From: Chrysomallon squamiferum | Lineage: Eukaryota; Animalia; Mollusca | Direction of reading: 5' to 3' | DNA length: 64,000 bases | Assembly (NCBI GenBank): GCA_012295275.1 | Contig: CM022667.1 | Location: forward strand, 4,154,001 to 4,218,000 | Part shown: piece by piece, positions 35,362 through 49,755 of the stretch | How the letters are laid out: each line of letters starts with the position of its first letter | How positions within the stretch are numbered: the first letter of the stretch is position 1 | Notes under the pieces: generated by a model | Seen by the model: only the letters and a program-made list of their open reading frames with translations | Told to the model about the DNA's origin: nothing | Databases searched by the model: none | Made by a program: the position numbers and the translations under genes

Positions 35362-36947
35362 TATTAAAAACACACCTCAAAACTAGATTACTCTCTGTCT
35401 GAGCACAGCATTTAACAGACAAGAAGTTTAAAAAAGAAGTTGGTGTATTTTTACCTTCAGGGGGTAATGAATCTACAAGTCCATCAGGAACATGATCAGT
35501 TTCCCTGGCAACTGTTAACATGTGCAGTCTCTCTGTGAGTTTGTCCATCTTGTGGACCATTGAACATTTTGTTGCTTTGGATGCTTGATCTTCGTGAGTG
35601 GAGTAAAAGTCAACCTCAGCTCCTGGCTCCTCAGTTCCGGAGTCCTCAGAATCAGCTTTCTGTAACAGAACAAAAAAACAAAAACAAAATACCACACGTG
35701 TCAACAATTCCAGAAGCAAACACTGAACTACTATATTAACTTATTTTATATACAATGAATTAATTAATTAATTTATTTATTAGCTGTTTTTTTCTTGTGG
35801 TTAACTGATTTCAAATATACTCACGTAAACATCACCAGTACGTGCACAGGAAAAAATCTAATGGTGTTCCTCTTTTCACAGTGTTTCAGTTAACAATTAT
35901 TTATTTATTTATTTTATTAATTCCACTTAATACTATGAATATTTATTTACTTAATTATTAACTGTACCTAATGCTGCAAATGCAAATAACTTTGAAGGAA
36001 AGAAATACATTAAAATCATATATATTTTCCAAAGGATTAATCTGCACTGTATCTTAATGTTATGGAAATGTTATAATATTTGAATTAAAAAAATCATCAA
36101 TACTTTTTTGAATGAGAGAATAAAAATAAACAAAATATTCCATTCTTCAGACCATCTTGTTTGACAGGGAAATAATATTTGATGTTTTGCTTATGCGGTT
36201 AAAGGAGGTCATTGTGTATATGTTTGTTTGTGTGTGTGTGCGTGCGTGTGTGACAGTAATGTAAATCTGAATTACACTTTAAATGTTTTTGACTTACCTC
36301 AGTGTAAACATCAGCTTCTCCATCCTCTTTGTCTACATCCATGGAAAAGAGAAAAAGGTGGCATGTATTGCAGACAGGTTCACCAAAATTTGCACCGTAG
36401 AACCCAGAACACATCATACAACAGTCAAACTGAAAAGAAAGACATTCTTTTTCAATTAATCTATTCAGTTAGTTACTCTTTTTTCCCTCTCCCTCCTTGA
36501 GTAGTTAGTTTTTGTTCTAATAACAGTATTTTGTGACAGGTAAAACAAATAAGGATATAAAATTATAATTTGAATATAATATGTTAATTTATATTAATTT
36601 TAGAAATGCTATCTTTTCTGCTCCTGCAAATCGTTATTCAGTTTCTAAAGCCTGGACAGTAAACTAAGACATTTGTTACACTATTACTGGTGTTACTGTT
36701 ATTCTAACTTATTCAATTATTGTTAATATTTATATTACCCAAATTTAAATGTCTTGACTTCTGTCGTTCACAAGCAACAGAGTTCAGATGTCCAGCTCTT
36801 TTTAACAAAATGCAAACAAAAAAAAATAATTTAGTATTTAAATTCAAATAAAACAAATAAATGGTAAATCTAAAATACTACCTGTTTCTGAAGAAATTGT
36901 TTTATTTCATCGTAGATATTATTATCTGGCTTATTTCCGGAAGCCAT
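33059..36947 (-). CDS. morgue: Morgue: C4 zinc finger + F-box + ubiquitin-conjugating E2 variant (active Cys->Gly), about 384 aa
   Basis: Exons 36947-36882, 36429-36298, 35659-35455, 35184-34995, 34682-34634, 33846-33644 and 33368-33059 total 1155 nt in frame. The zinc finger is CMMCSGFYGANFGEPVCNTCH and the F-box is SLPPEVLLVVFKHLDDISLWTAGNVCTRWRQIL. The UBC fold reads RRLRSEL...GPQGSPYEGG...[28 protein letters not shown], with G at the catalytic Cys position. Confidence 0.93.
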
Positions 36948-37280
36948 TCTTATTGTTTTGTTGTAATTTCCTACTGTAAGAAAAACATCAGATTTTCCCC
37001 TCACATGTTCGCCTGAAAAAAGCCTTCACCGGAATAGTAGTAGTAGTAGTAGAAGAAGAAGAAGAAGAAAAAATTTGTAAAGAGAAAAATTAAATATTGT
37101 TCAGAGTGAGACTATAGTTAAATATACATGTATTCTTCCTCCGTTGGATATTAGAATAAATGCATTATTTCATACATATAATGATATATAACTATTATAT
37201 ACACACACAGTGACACACCTATATCATGTATATGCACACAGACCCTAAACTGGCTTAATTTTACATTTTCGTCGTCGTCG

Positions 37281-37311
<31 letters not shown>

Positions 37312-37420
37312 TATTATTATTATTATTATTATTGCATGATATGTAAATACTTGGGACAATGGCAGAAATATTAATATCTTCTCATTTGTTCTTCATTTTT
37401 TCTTCTAATTAAGTATAAAA

Positions 37421-37486
<66 letters not shown>

Positions 37487-37732
37487 CACTAACCACTAAG
37501 GGAAAGTGCATTAATCTTTCTTTAAATGATGCTTCGAAAGAGCAGAGAGAAAAATACTATCGGACAAAACGATATGGTTTCTGTTTGTTGTGGTACCGGT
37601 GGACCCAGGAGAAAGCGATTAACACGAAATATAGAATGTTTGATTAAGATATGTGACTACAACATATGCTCAACGAAGCTATTCGTTAAATGATTCAACC
37701 TGTAATATCTCTGTAATCATCTGAAAAAGGAT
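36948..37732. promoter_or_regulatory. Short divergent (bidirectional) promoter region between morgue and INTS8
   Basis: The two start codons face away from each other, about 785 bp apart. There is an ETS-like CCGGAA near 37030. Confidence 0.55.
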
Positions 37733-39582
37733 ATGACAGACGTACAAGTTCCTCGGTGCGGAGTTGGACCAGGTCCCGTAACTCTTCCAGCAATTGCTTG
37801 GTATGAATTTATTCTAAACGACAAATTATTGGAGGAACATCTTAATAAAGATAATCCAGGTGAGGCAAAATATAATTAAGCATGTACTGCAGATCTGTAA
37901 TTTTGATTAATACAATTATTTTGAGTTGTTAAGGACATTGGTACTGAATGATCACCAGACTGAGTGGCAGAGCCAGAGGTACACTAACAAGTAACATTAC
38001 CAGTGACTACAGTAATACTAATACTAGTAATAATAATACTAATAGTAATAATACTATACATTTTTATAATAATATAAATTATAATACTAGACTACTTGTA
38101 CTATTCGTACCGTATTTGTCGTGTTCACTATCCTGATAGTTCCCCTACCATGCTAAAGAGGGATTTGTTTGATGTAGTTATGTGGAAAAGTGTGGCTTAA
38201 TTAGTTAATATCGTGGTGGACAATTTACAAACCATTTTTTATTTCTTAAATTATATTAAAAGAAAATTAATAGATAATCTTGAATTTTACTCATTTTACT
38301 CAGTATTTTGCTCCAATTTTTATTTATTCAAAAAAAAAAAAAAAATAATAAATCTTATTATTTATTTATATATTAAAAATATTATTATTTTTATATATAT
38401 TTTTTCTGAAGATATAAAAAAGACATATAAAATTGTTTAACTTTAAGCTTTATTTAAATTAACTAATCAACCAATTGTTTCTTTCTTTTCCATACTATCA
38501 AAACTGCACTTTGTTTGCCTGAGATCATTGAAAATGTACCTTTTTATGAGAAAGCCTAAAAAAAATTTTAAAACATTTATCAAACGTAATAATCCATGTA
38601 AAAAACCACAGAGGTTTCTGCTTGCTTACTTTCATTTAAAAACTTGGATTTGCTGATGGCCATAACAAATTTTGACAAGTGAGTATATAATTTTAGATAA
38701 CTTTTTTTTACATCATAGAAAATACAGAGAAAATATCTGCTAGAAAGTGATATAGCTCAACCGCAAACAAATTTATTATTACTGAGTTGATGAGTGGTTT
38801 TGTTTGATTATAGGTGCTTCCATGTTTTGATGATGTCATGGAAATGGCACCTGGTTATTGAATGAGAGGTGACATCACAATTAAGGGGGAAAGAAAAAAA
38901 AAAAGAGATGAAAAAAATGAATTGTCACTTATCATTTTGTATCCATACTCTGCATGGATCATTGTTGGATATTGCTTTGTCCGGAAAATGAATATCAGAC
39001 AGTTGAATAAAAAAAAAAAAGCCTGTTTTGAGGATTTTAATTTAATTTTGAATCTATTTATATATATATTCTATTTTAAATTGTCTTACAGATCCAAGTC
39101 CAGTGGATTTAATAATCCAGTTTCTGCAGCAGGCAGATGTAGAATTGACTAATGCTGCTCTCAACAAAGAACAACAACAACAACAAAGGGCAGTAACGCC
39201 ACAGCCTCTAATCTCTGACACCAAGATTGATGCTAATGGTAAAAAATCTTTAATTTTAACCACAAAATTATAAACATTATAAAATAGGTAAATATTACAT
39301 TGAAAATTAACTGTAAAAAAAAAAAAAAAAAAAAAAAATTACTTTTATGGTTTAAAATTTAATTTATAATAGAATAAACCAAAGATAATTCTATTGTATA
39401 TAAATATAAATTATAAATTGGAGGTTATCAGTTTAATATTATAACAAATAATAAAACACTTTACTCAGATTTGTAAATTAATTTTTGACTCTATTAGATT
39501 GTTAAATGATGTTTGTACAGTTTGGCAAGTGTCAGACTATATATTAAAAAGTATGAATGTTCCTGATTTTTTTATTAACAGT

Positions 39583-39614
<32 letters not shown>

Positions 39615-42600
39615 TAAGGAAAGATTTTAGAAGAAAATAAGAAGGTGAAAGCTCTTAGACTGTTGGCTATGAAGGTTGCTGCTCATTTAAAATGGAATAT
39701 GAATCTGTTAGAAAAAGGGTGAGTTTTTATACTTTAACTGAAATTAATAGAATCAAGAAATTAATTTTAATCTTAGTTATTTTTTTGTGGTGTACAAAAA
39801 AACCTCAAAAGAATATTTAATTATGTCCCCAGTTAAGATTTAACTGAGTTTTACAGATTAGACAAGAATTTATTTTCCTTTCAAGTAATATTTTATTTTT
39901 AGTTATGCACAGAGTAATATCTTACCATGGTTATGCAATAAAATAATTAAATGTTTTGTGCTGATATACTGATACAGTCATATTTTGTTTCAGTTATGTT
40001 TGTTTATTTTAGTTACATACTGAATAGTATTTCCTTTCAGTTATATGTAAAGTAATATCTCAGTTAAATATAGTATTATTTTTCTTACATTTAGTGTGAT
40101 ATTTTAAATAAAACTTTAATGTTTTTGTTTTGTCTTGAGTAATATTTTAACTATATTTAAGGGTAATATTTTTATTACATCTGGAATAATATTTTTAGTT
40201 TGCAGTAATGTTATATTTTTGTTACATCTGGAGTAATATTCTTATTTTGATGTAATATACTATTTTTGTTACATCTGGAGTATTATTTTTATTTTGATGT
40301 AATATAATATTTTGGAGTAATATTTGCTGTGTTTGATTAGAAATTTTCAGAGCAGTCGACAAAATGGCATACACAGACACATTGTGTAAGATCCTTAAGA
40401 ACACAGTGAAATTCTCACAAAACCTTTTCTTGTTTATTACTCTTGTTTTATGTGACAAACAATAACAACAAAAACAAACAAACAAATAAACAAACAATAA
40501 CAACAAACAAACAAACAAAAGAAACCACTGTTGTATATAAAAGGTTTTGGGTTTTTTCCTTATGTATGCACAGGTTTATTTTTTAAAAGTTCAAAACCAC
40601 CACCACCATTGTTTTAAGAAAGAAAAAAGAATAACCAAAGCAGTAATAGAACTATATTACTAACTAATTACATGTTTTTGAATGTTTCATTTCAGTTAAT
40701 TAATATGTTTCTTTTTTTCACTTACATTTTAAGTATAATAAATTTGTACTGGATTTTATCAAATTTACCAGATGCACAAAATCTAATAACCCTGCATGAT
40801 TTCTCAACAATTTGTAAATTCATGCCTAAAATACATAATGTATAAAACATTCTAAACATGCATGATTGAGATATTAAATACAAACTTTTTTTCATGACTG
40901 AATTAATAAAACAATTTATGACTTATAAGATATTAGATACAAACTTTATTTCATGACTGAGATATTAAATACAAACATATTTTATAACTAAATTACTAAA
41001 ACAAACTTCATTTATGACTTATAAGATATTAGATACAAACTTTATTTCATGACTGAGATATTAAATACAAACATATTTTATAACTAAATTACTAAAACAA
41101 ACTTCATTTATGACTTATAAGATATTAGATACAAACTTTATTTCATGACTGAGGCATTTAATAAAATTTTTATTTCATGACTGATGTTAAATACAAACTT
41201 TATTTCATAATTCTTTATTTAAAAACAAACTTTATTTCATGAGTGTTTATTTAAATATTTGTTGATTCTGAAATTTTTTAACAACTATTAAATACAAACT
41301 TTATTACATGTGCTGGGCATTTTAAATACAAAACTTAATTTGAATATAAACTTTATTTTGTGAGTGAGATCAAATGCAAACTTTATTTGTAATATTAACA
41401 TATTATTATTCATTAAATTCAAACTTTATTTCATCACAGGTATATAAAAACACAAACTGTGTCTTAAACTATTTCATGAATGAGGTTAAATACAAACTTT
41501 ATTAAACATCTGTGAGTCACAAACTTTATTTCATGACTAAAATATTAAAAAACAAACTTTATTTCATGACTGTGATGTATGAACTACATACTTTTATTTA
41601 TAATTTGTTAATAAATGAGTATGAAATGTTAAACACTAGCTACTTCATGAATGAGGTGTTACATAAACACTTTATTACATGTCTGTGAGATATAAATTTT
41701 TATTTCATGACTAAAATATTAAACTACAAACTTTATTTCATGACTGTGATATATTAATTACATACTATAATTTATTAATAAATGAGTATGAGGTGTTAAA
41801 TGCCAGCTATTTCATGAATGAGGTGTCACATAAACTCTTTATTACATGTCTTTGTTTCACTGAAACATCAGGGTGCCTCTTCCCGTGTCTCAGACGCTGT
41901 TAGTCGAATTACTCCGCATGTCAATGGGAGACTCCATTGTTCGAGCCAAGGACCCTGAGCTTGATATATCCACACTGTCAGACAAAGCCGCATTTGCCGT
42001 TCATCTTTATCACAGATGGTGAGTTTTAGTCTCCTGTATGTAACTCATAATTTCCCATTCTGACCAGTGCCTCCTATCTGATCAGTCAAAGTTACCGATG
42101 TTCACTCCTGTTTATGGGATGGCGATTTTAAAAGACGTCTTGTTGCTAGAAAAAAGTTGCTTGTAAAGTGTCAGCTGCAACTGCAGGTTTCTTCTCTTGT
42201 ATTAATGTCATTATTAGAAATAAATTATAAACCAGTAACAGATAATATTTAAAGAAACTTGTCATGATTTTAAATATTTATTCATTCTTTAAAAATGTGT
42301 TTGCGTTTATATGATTCAAATTAACAAATAAAAATAATCTTTAATGAAATCTCAATATATTAAAAAGTGAAAAAAAGCAAGAAAAAAACATGTATAATTT
42401 GTACATTACTAGTTTTGTCTATTTTATTTTGTTATTTTCAAGATGTAAAATATCTCTGTATTTTATGTAATGTTCAGCATTAATTGAAATACTTCTGTAA
42501 TAGCTAACACTCCAGAAACAAATAAAACTACAACTTAGAAGTACAACACATGCTTATACTTAATATTTTAAATTATTTCAATAATTAATTTTTCTTTACA

Positions 42601-44271
42601 TTTCAGATTATTGATCTTGTTAATAATATTCATTGGTTTAAAGTACATCTCTGGTTAGATTTACAGATGAAAATATATCTTAATATAAATAACATTATGT
42701 TGTTTTATATGTTACTGGTGCACAGTCATTTCTGATAATAAAGTAGGACAATAACATAATTAATATTTAAGTACAGCTATTTATATATATACACACACAT
42801 AATATATATGAATGAAAGTAATAGTTCCTCTCAGGTTTGATTTCCCATATAATTGATTTGTTTTCCCATGTGATTAATGTAATTTCCCACATGACTGAAG
42901 TAATTTCCCATTTCAGGTGTTTACATTCCGTTGTCAAGGACAGTTTTCCAAGTCGACCACCAAGACAAGTTTTCTTTCCAATGTAAGTGTTTTTTTAAAT
43001 TAATTATTAATAATAAACATCATTAATACTTAGTTCTTTCACTCTCTGTCTTAATGTTTTGTTTTATGCTGACAAATTAGATATTTATTCAGATTACAGA
43101 GATGTGGAAAAAAAAAAAAGAAAAAAAAAACAATTTTTCAAAGTGGTTACTTTAGTTTTGGCACACTTTTTAGTTTACATGATTTTATTTTATTTTAATT
43201 TAATTTTTTTTTACAGTTTTTATTTTTTATTTTGTTATTTTTTTTAAATTTAATTATTTATTTTTTTAAATTTAATTATTTATTATTTTAAATTTAATTA
43301 TTTATTATTTTTAATTTAATTTATTATTTTAATTTAATTTAATATTTTAAATTTAATTTATCATTATTTTAAAATTAATTTATAACAATTTTGTATTTCT
43401 TTTTAATTATTGTTATTTTTTTTTTGTTACAAATACTGATGACCAACCTTTGTTAACTATAAGTAAAAGTAAAAAAGCACACAAACTGTTCATTTCAGAC
43501 CAGGTCAGGTTGACCCTGCAATGGCTATGGTTGCAGCTACAGAAGCTATTTGCAATGGGGTAAAGTATATTTTAAAAAATATTGTAGAAAACACAATAAA
43601 AATATTTGTGTTTTTTTGTCTCCACGTTTTCCCTCCTCTCATTTAGTCATCAGTTTCAGCTTGTCCTCTTTCCCTTGCTTATTGCCTCTATATATAACTT
43701 GTTTTCTTCATTTTCTCAATATATCACTCCTTATACTTCCTCCTCTTCTGTTTCACACACACATGCACACATACACACAGACATACATACAGTGATAAAC
43801 ATACATACCCACACACACACCAAACACATACCAATAATCACAGACAATATATATACACACAAAATACACACACCTACACACACCTGCGTAACAGACTACA
43901 TGTACACACAAAGGCATAGATATATATACACATACATGCACTGATATACACACATACATACACACCCACCCCCCAAATATACAAACACACAAATACATGC
44001 AAGCCCATTCATTTCTATCATTATAATTTTGTTGTTGTTGTTGTTTCAGTTAAGAGATGAACTGTCCGCATCCATCACAATATTAAAACATTTCATTGAC
44101 ACGAGGAGTCAGCTACACATGCCCACATCCCAGTGTTTTTCTGTTCCCAGTGAAAACTCAGCCATTCAGTATAACTGGGAGAACTCAGTCAGTGTGCCTA
44201 GAGATGAAGTCATTGCTCAAGTAATGTTGTTGTTATTGATGAATATATTCACAGAGAGAGAGAGAGAGAGA

Positions 44272-44348
<77 letters not shown>

Positions 44349-47300
44349 TGACATCAAAAGTGATATATGTTGCCGTAATTATTAAAGAAAAAGATTGACA
44401 GATTATTGATTTAAAAAAACCAAACAATTTTCTAATATTTCTGAACTGTGTGATTATTTTCTTAATTTTATTTGCATTAATATTCATTATGCACATTTTT
44501 TCTCTTAACAGATAACGTATGATCTTGGTTGTATTTTCTTTCACAAATCTGATTACAAACAAGCATATGAATTCTTCAAGAGATCAAAAGAAGTCCTTGA
44601 TCAGGTATCGATTACATTTTTGTCATCAAATGAATATAATACATCAGTAATTATTATAAATACAATGTGAGAAAAATGTTTTTGGTAGACACTCTGGTGT
44701 ACTGCTGTTTAACATATACAAAACTGTAATGTTTTAGCTGGACAAACCAGTGTACTGCTGTTTAACAAATACAAAACTGTTTTAGTTGGACAAACCGGTG
44801 TACTGCTGTTTAACATATACTGTAATGTTTTAGTTGGACAAACCGGTATACTGCTGTTTAACATATACTGTAATGTTTTAGTTGGACAAACCGGTGTACT
44901 GCTGTTTAACATATACAAAACAGTTTTAGTTGGACAAACCGGTGTACTGCTGTTTAACATATACTGTAATGTTTTTGTTTTAACATACAAAACTGACAAA
45001 CCAGTACTGCTGTTTAACATATACTGTAATGTTTTAGTTGGACAAACTGTACTGCTGTTTAACATATACTGTAAACTGTTTTTAGTTGGACAAACCGTAA
45101 TGTTTTTAACATATACTGTAATGTTTTAGTTGGACAAACCGGTGTACTGCTGTTTAACATATACTGAAACTGTTTTAGTTGGACAAACCGGTGTACTGCT
45201 GTTTAACAAACTGTAATGTTTTAGCTGGACAAACCAGTGTACTGCTGTTTAACAAATACAAAACTGTTTTAGTTGGACAAACCGGTGTACTGCTGTTTTA
45301 GTTGGACAAACCGGTGTTTAAAACATATACTGTGTTTAATGTTTTTTAGTTGGACAAACCGGTACTGCTGTTTAACATATACTGTAATGTACTGCTGTTT
45401 AACATATACTGTAATGTTTTAGTTGGACAAACCAGTGTACTGCTGTTTAACATATACAAAACTGTTTTAGTTGGACAAACCGTACTGTGTTTTACATGCA
45501 AACCGGTGTTTTTTAACATTTAACATATACTGTAATGTTTTAGTTGGACAAACCGGTGTACTGCTGTTTAACATATACTGTAATGTTTTAGTTAGACAAA
45601 CCGGTGTACTGCTGTTTAACATATACAAAACTGTTTTAGTTGGACAAACCGGTGTACTGCTGTTTAACATATACTGTAATGTTTTAGTTGGACAAACCGT
45701 TTAACATATACAAAACTGTTTTAGTTGGACAAACCGCTGTTTAACATATACTGTAATGTTTTAGTTGGACAAACCGGTGTACTTTTTACAAAACTGTTTT
45801 AGTTGGACAAACCGGTGTACTGCTGTTTAACATATACTGTAATGTTTTAGTTGGACAAACCGGTGTACTGCTGTTTAACATATACTGTAATGTTTTAGTT
45901 GGACAAACTGGTGTACTTCTGTTTAACATATACAAAACTGTTTTAGTTGGACAAACCGGTGTACTGCTGTTTAACATATACAAAAATGTTTTTTTTGTTA
46001 GACAAACCGTGTGTTTTTGTTGGACTGCTGTTTAACATATACTGTAATGTTTTAGTTGGACAAACCGGTGTACTGCTGTTTAATATATACAAAACTGTTT
46101 TAGTTAGACAAACCTGTGTACTGCTGTTTAACATATACTGTAATGTTTTAGTTGGAGAAATCGGTGTACTGCTGTTTAACATATACTGTAATGTTTTTGT
46201 TGGACAAACCGGTGTACTTCTGTTTAACATATACTGTAATGTTTTAGTTGGACAAACCGGTGTACTGCTGTTTAACATATACTGTACTGTTTTAGTTGGA
46301 CAAACCGGTGTACTGCTGTTTAACATATACTGTAATGTTTTAGTTGGACAAACCGGTGTACTGCTGTTTAACATATACATAACTGTTTTAGTTGGACAAA
46401 CCGGTGTACTGCTGTTTAACATATACAAAACTGTTTTAGTTGGACAAACCGGTGTACTGCTGTTTAACATATACAAAACAGTTTTAGTTGGACAAACCGG
46501 TGTACTGCTGTTTAACATATACAAAACTGTTTTAGTTGGACAAACCGGTGTACTGCTGTTTAACATATACTGTAATGTTTTAGTTGGACAAACCGGTGTA
46601 CTGCTGTTTAACATATACTGTACTGTTTTAGTTGGACAAACCGGTGTACTGCTGTGTGAATGCGGCCAGGCTGAAGGGGTACATTGTGAGCTGCACAAGT
46701 CTGTTGGGAGTTGTACAGCAAGCGACACTCAGTCTGTACGAACGTGCGGAAATGTCAAGAAGAAATCATTTTCAAGTGAGTTTTGGTGACGTTAGATGTT
46801 TAGATTTTAGTGAAATTTCTGCATCATGTTAACAGTGGATCTGAGATAAGATTCGAAAATGGTGTAAATTTGGCTTCTAAAATGTTTTATTTTGATAAAT
46901 TGTTAATAACTTTTTATTCATTGACTTGTACGTGTGTGTATGTGTGTCTGTGTGTGTGTGTGTTTATGTTATAAATATTTTTATTTTGATAAATTGTTGA
47001 TAACAGTTAATTTATTGATTTGTATGTGTTTGTGTGTGTGTGTGTGTGTGTATGTTTGTGTGTATTTATGTTATAAATATTTTTATTTGGATAAATTGTT
47101 AATAACGGTTAATTCATTGACTGGACATATGTCTTTGTATATATTTATGTTATTAATATTTATTTTGTTTTTATTTAGGGTCTTGTAGACGTTTTTCTGG
47201 AGGATAATCTCAAACATGAACTGAGCATGGTGTACAGACTGAATGTAGAAAATGAACTGTCACACAGTGCCAGAAGGTATCAACTGTCAAAAAGTGTCAG

Positions 47301-47881
47301 AAGGTTTATTTACCTGTTTTTAAAATAAACAGAAATCAATTGATTATTTTTCCATTTGATCTAAAATTAATATAAATGGGATCCCAACCAACTCTAAATA
47401 TTAGCCCAATTGGATCAGTTTTGTAATTTTTATTTTGACCTAAAATTTAACCACCAACCTTAGAACCCTTATCAGTTGAGGCCAATGTTTTTGTTGAAAA
47501 GGCAACATGACAAGAATTCCAAATATGTATGTTCAGTTTATATATATATTATTCCTTTGATTATGTTGTTATGATTAATATACAAATATTACTGGGTAAA
47601 AAAGAAAAATGTCTTTTTCTTTTTTTTTTTCCTAGTTTATCTCGAGTGTACACTGAGGTTGTGATCTGTAATGTGGTTCGAGGTGTGCTGGAGGGAAAGG
47701 CTCTTGTTTCTCCCATTCTAGACATACTCGAGAAAGCTGACTCGGATGTTGTGTTATTTATTGTCAGGGTAAGTCTTTCTTTTTTCACACAAAGACTCAA
47801 ACACAGATACACACGTGTGCAAGTGTGTGCTGTGTACATTTATTTATTTAATTTATTGTTCATTAATAACTGACTTGGTTT

Positions 47882-47917
<36 letters not shown>

Positions 47918-48089
47918 TTAACTGTTTATTAACTTACTGACTGACTTGTTTGTTTTCAGGTTATATCTGATGTCATGAAAGGTGCGTCTTTTAATCAGAG
48001 GCCAAATCTGAAGTGTTTCATTTGGTGAGTAAATGTTTAACATGTTTAAAAAATATAGTTATTAATAGTATGATTACCACTACTACTGA

Positions 48090-48127
<38 letters not shown>

Positions 48128-48659
48128 TTACTACTACTACTACTACTACTACTATTATTATTATTATCATCATCACTACTTGCTACTACTACTGCTGCTA
48201 CTACTAATATTACTGCTACTAATATTACTGCTACTATTATTACTATTACTATTATTACTACTACTACTACTACTACTAGTACTAGTATTATTTATTTTAT
48301 TTATTTATTTATTTATTTTTTTTCTTATTTATTTATTTATTTATTTCTTAATTAAAGGCACCTGGTGGAACTGTCACCTACAGAAAGTGGTTTAACGAAT
48401 GCTGTACTGAAAAGTGATCTTGCTGCTCACTTTGACCAGGATGAGAGAAGTGAGATGGTTTTGGGGGACGAAGGAGATGAAATGTACCTGGAGGATTTTG
48501 AAATGGACGATACTACCTGTACCACAATGACCTCAATGTCATCTCAAAGAGGTAAGTGGGTTTTTTCCCATTCTAACCACAGATTTCCATTTTGTTAATC
48601 ACAGTCTGTGCTTATAACTGCCAATATTATTATTATTATTGTTATTGTTATTGTTATTG

Positions 48660-48697
<38 letters not shown>

Positions 48698-49664
48698 AGT
48701 TTTAAAAAAAGAGAAGGAAAAGAAATTTTTGAAATGTCTATGTAAATAATATTTCTTACTACTCCTTTATTTATTTGAAGGGAAAAAGCAGATACTCAAA
48801 TATATTTGTTTTCAAAATAATCTTCCTTAACAATAACTTCACCTGTGATGTTACAACAGTTCTCTTTGTTGCTCTGGTTTCAGAAATGACATACAACATC
48901 AACGACATTGAGGGACGTCTGTTAACTGTGTACGATCCTGATCTGATTAAAGATCTCGTGTTGGAACTGTGTACAAAGCAGAACTGGAAACTGGCTCAGT
49001 TTGTTAACTTGAATGACAAGGTGTGTTCATTTTCACTCACAATCACATCCATACACACATACATACACATGTATTGAAGTATCATGAGCAAAAATAAAAT
49101 ATAAATATGAAGGTTTCCATAGGTATATATATATACATACATCTATGGGTGAAAATTATTGTGATGAAACAAAATAAATGTAGAAATACAGTAGTATTTG
49201 CAGATAGATTCATACAGGTAGAGGTGAAATTTATAGTGTCAAAAATATAATAGTAATTCACTGGTATCTGTATGTTTGTAAAAGTAAAAAAAAAAGAAGA
49301 AAAAATACATCAGTATCCTTAACGTAAAATCATTTTTTTTCTGTTTATATAACTTGAAAACTCTGTAGCATGAAAGTTTAATAACCCAAATAAAAATGAG
49401 TTAGTTCCCTGACAGAGTAATAAAAAGCTTTTATGGTTGGTATTGAAATTAATTTTTTTTTAATATTTTAAATATATTTAAAATATAATTTGTTTTGTTG
49501 TATTTTTCCCAGTGGAAAGTCCCTCGTGAGATTCGACACATAATTGATGGGATGTCAAACGCAGGAAAACAGCAGTGTTACATCTACGTTTTGCTTGGCA
49601 AAGCAAGACACTGCATGGATCTGAGAGTGAGTAACAGAATTATTTCATGTTTAAAAAATGTCTT

Positions 49665-49755
<91 letters not shown>

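Noticed and set aside
44676-46654. CRISPR-like appearance of the regular 48-bp array (also the 42-, 63-, 69- and 54-bp arrays)
   Set aside because: The units are contiguous with no unique spacers, there are no cas genes, and the context is eukaryotic introns.
44709-46789. Long ORFs of MLNSSTPVCPTKTLQY / NIYCNVLVGQTGVLLF repeats
   Set aside because: These are open frames arising only because the repeat unit is a multiple of 3. The real coding frame begins at 46632.
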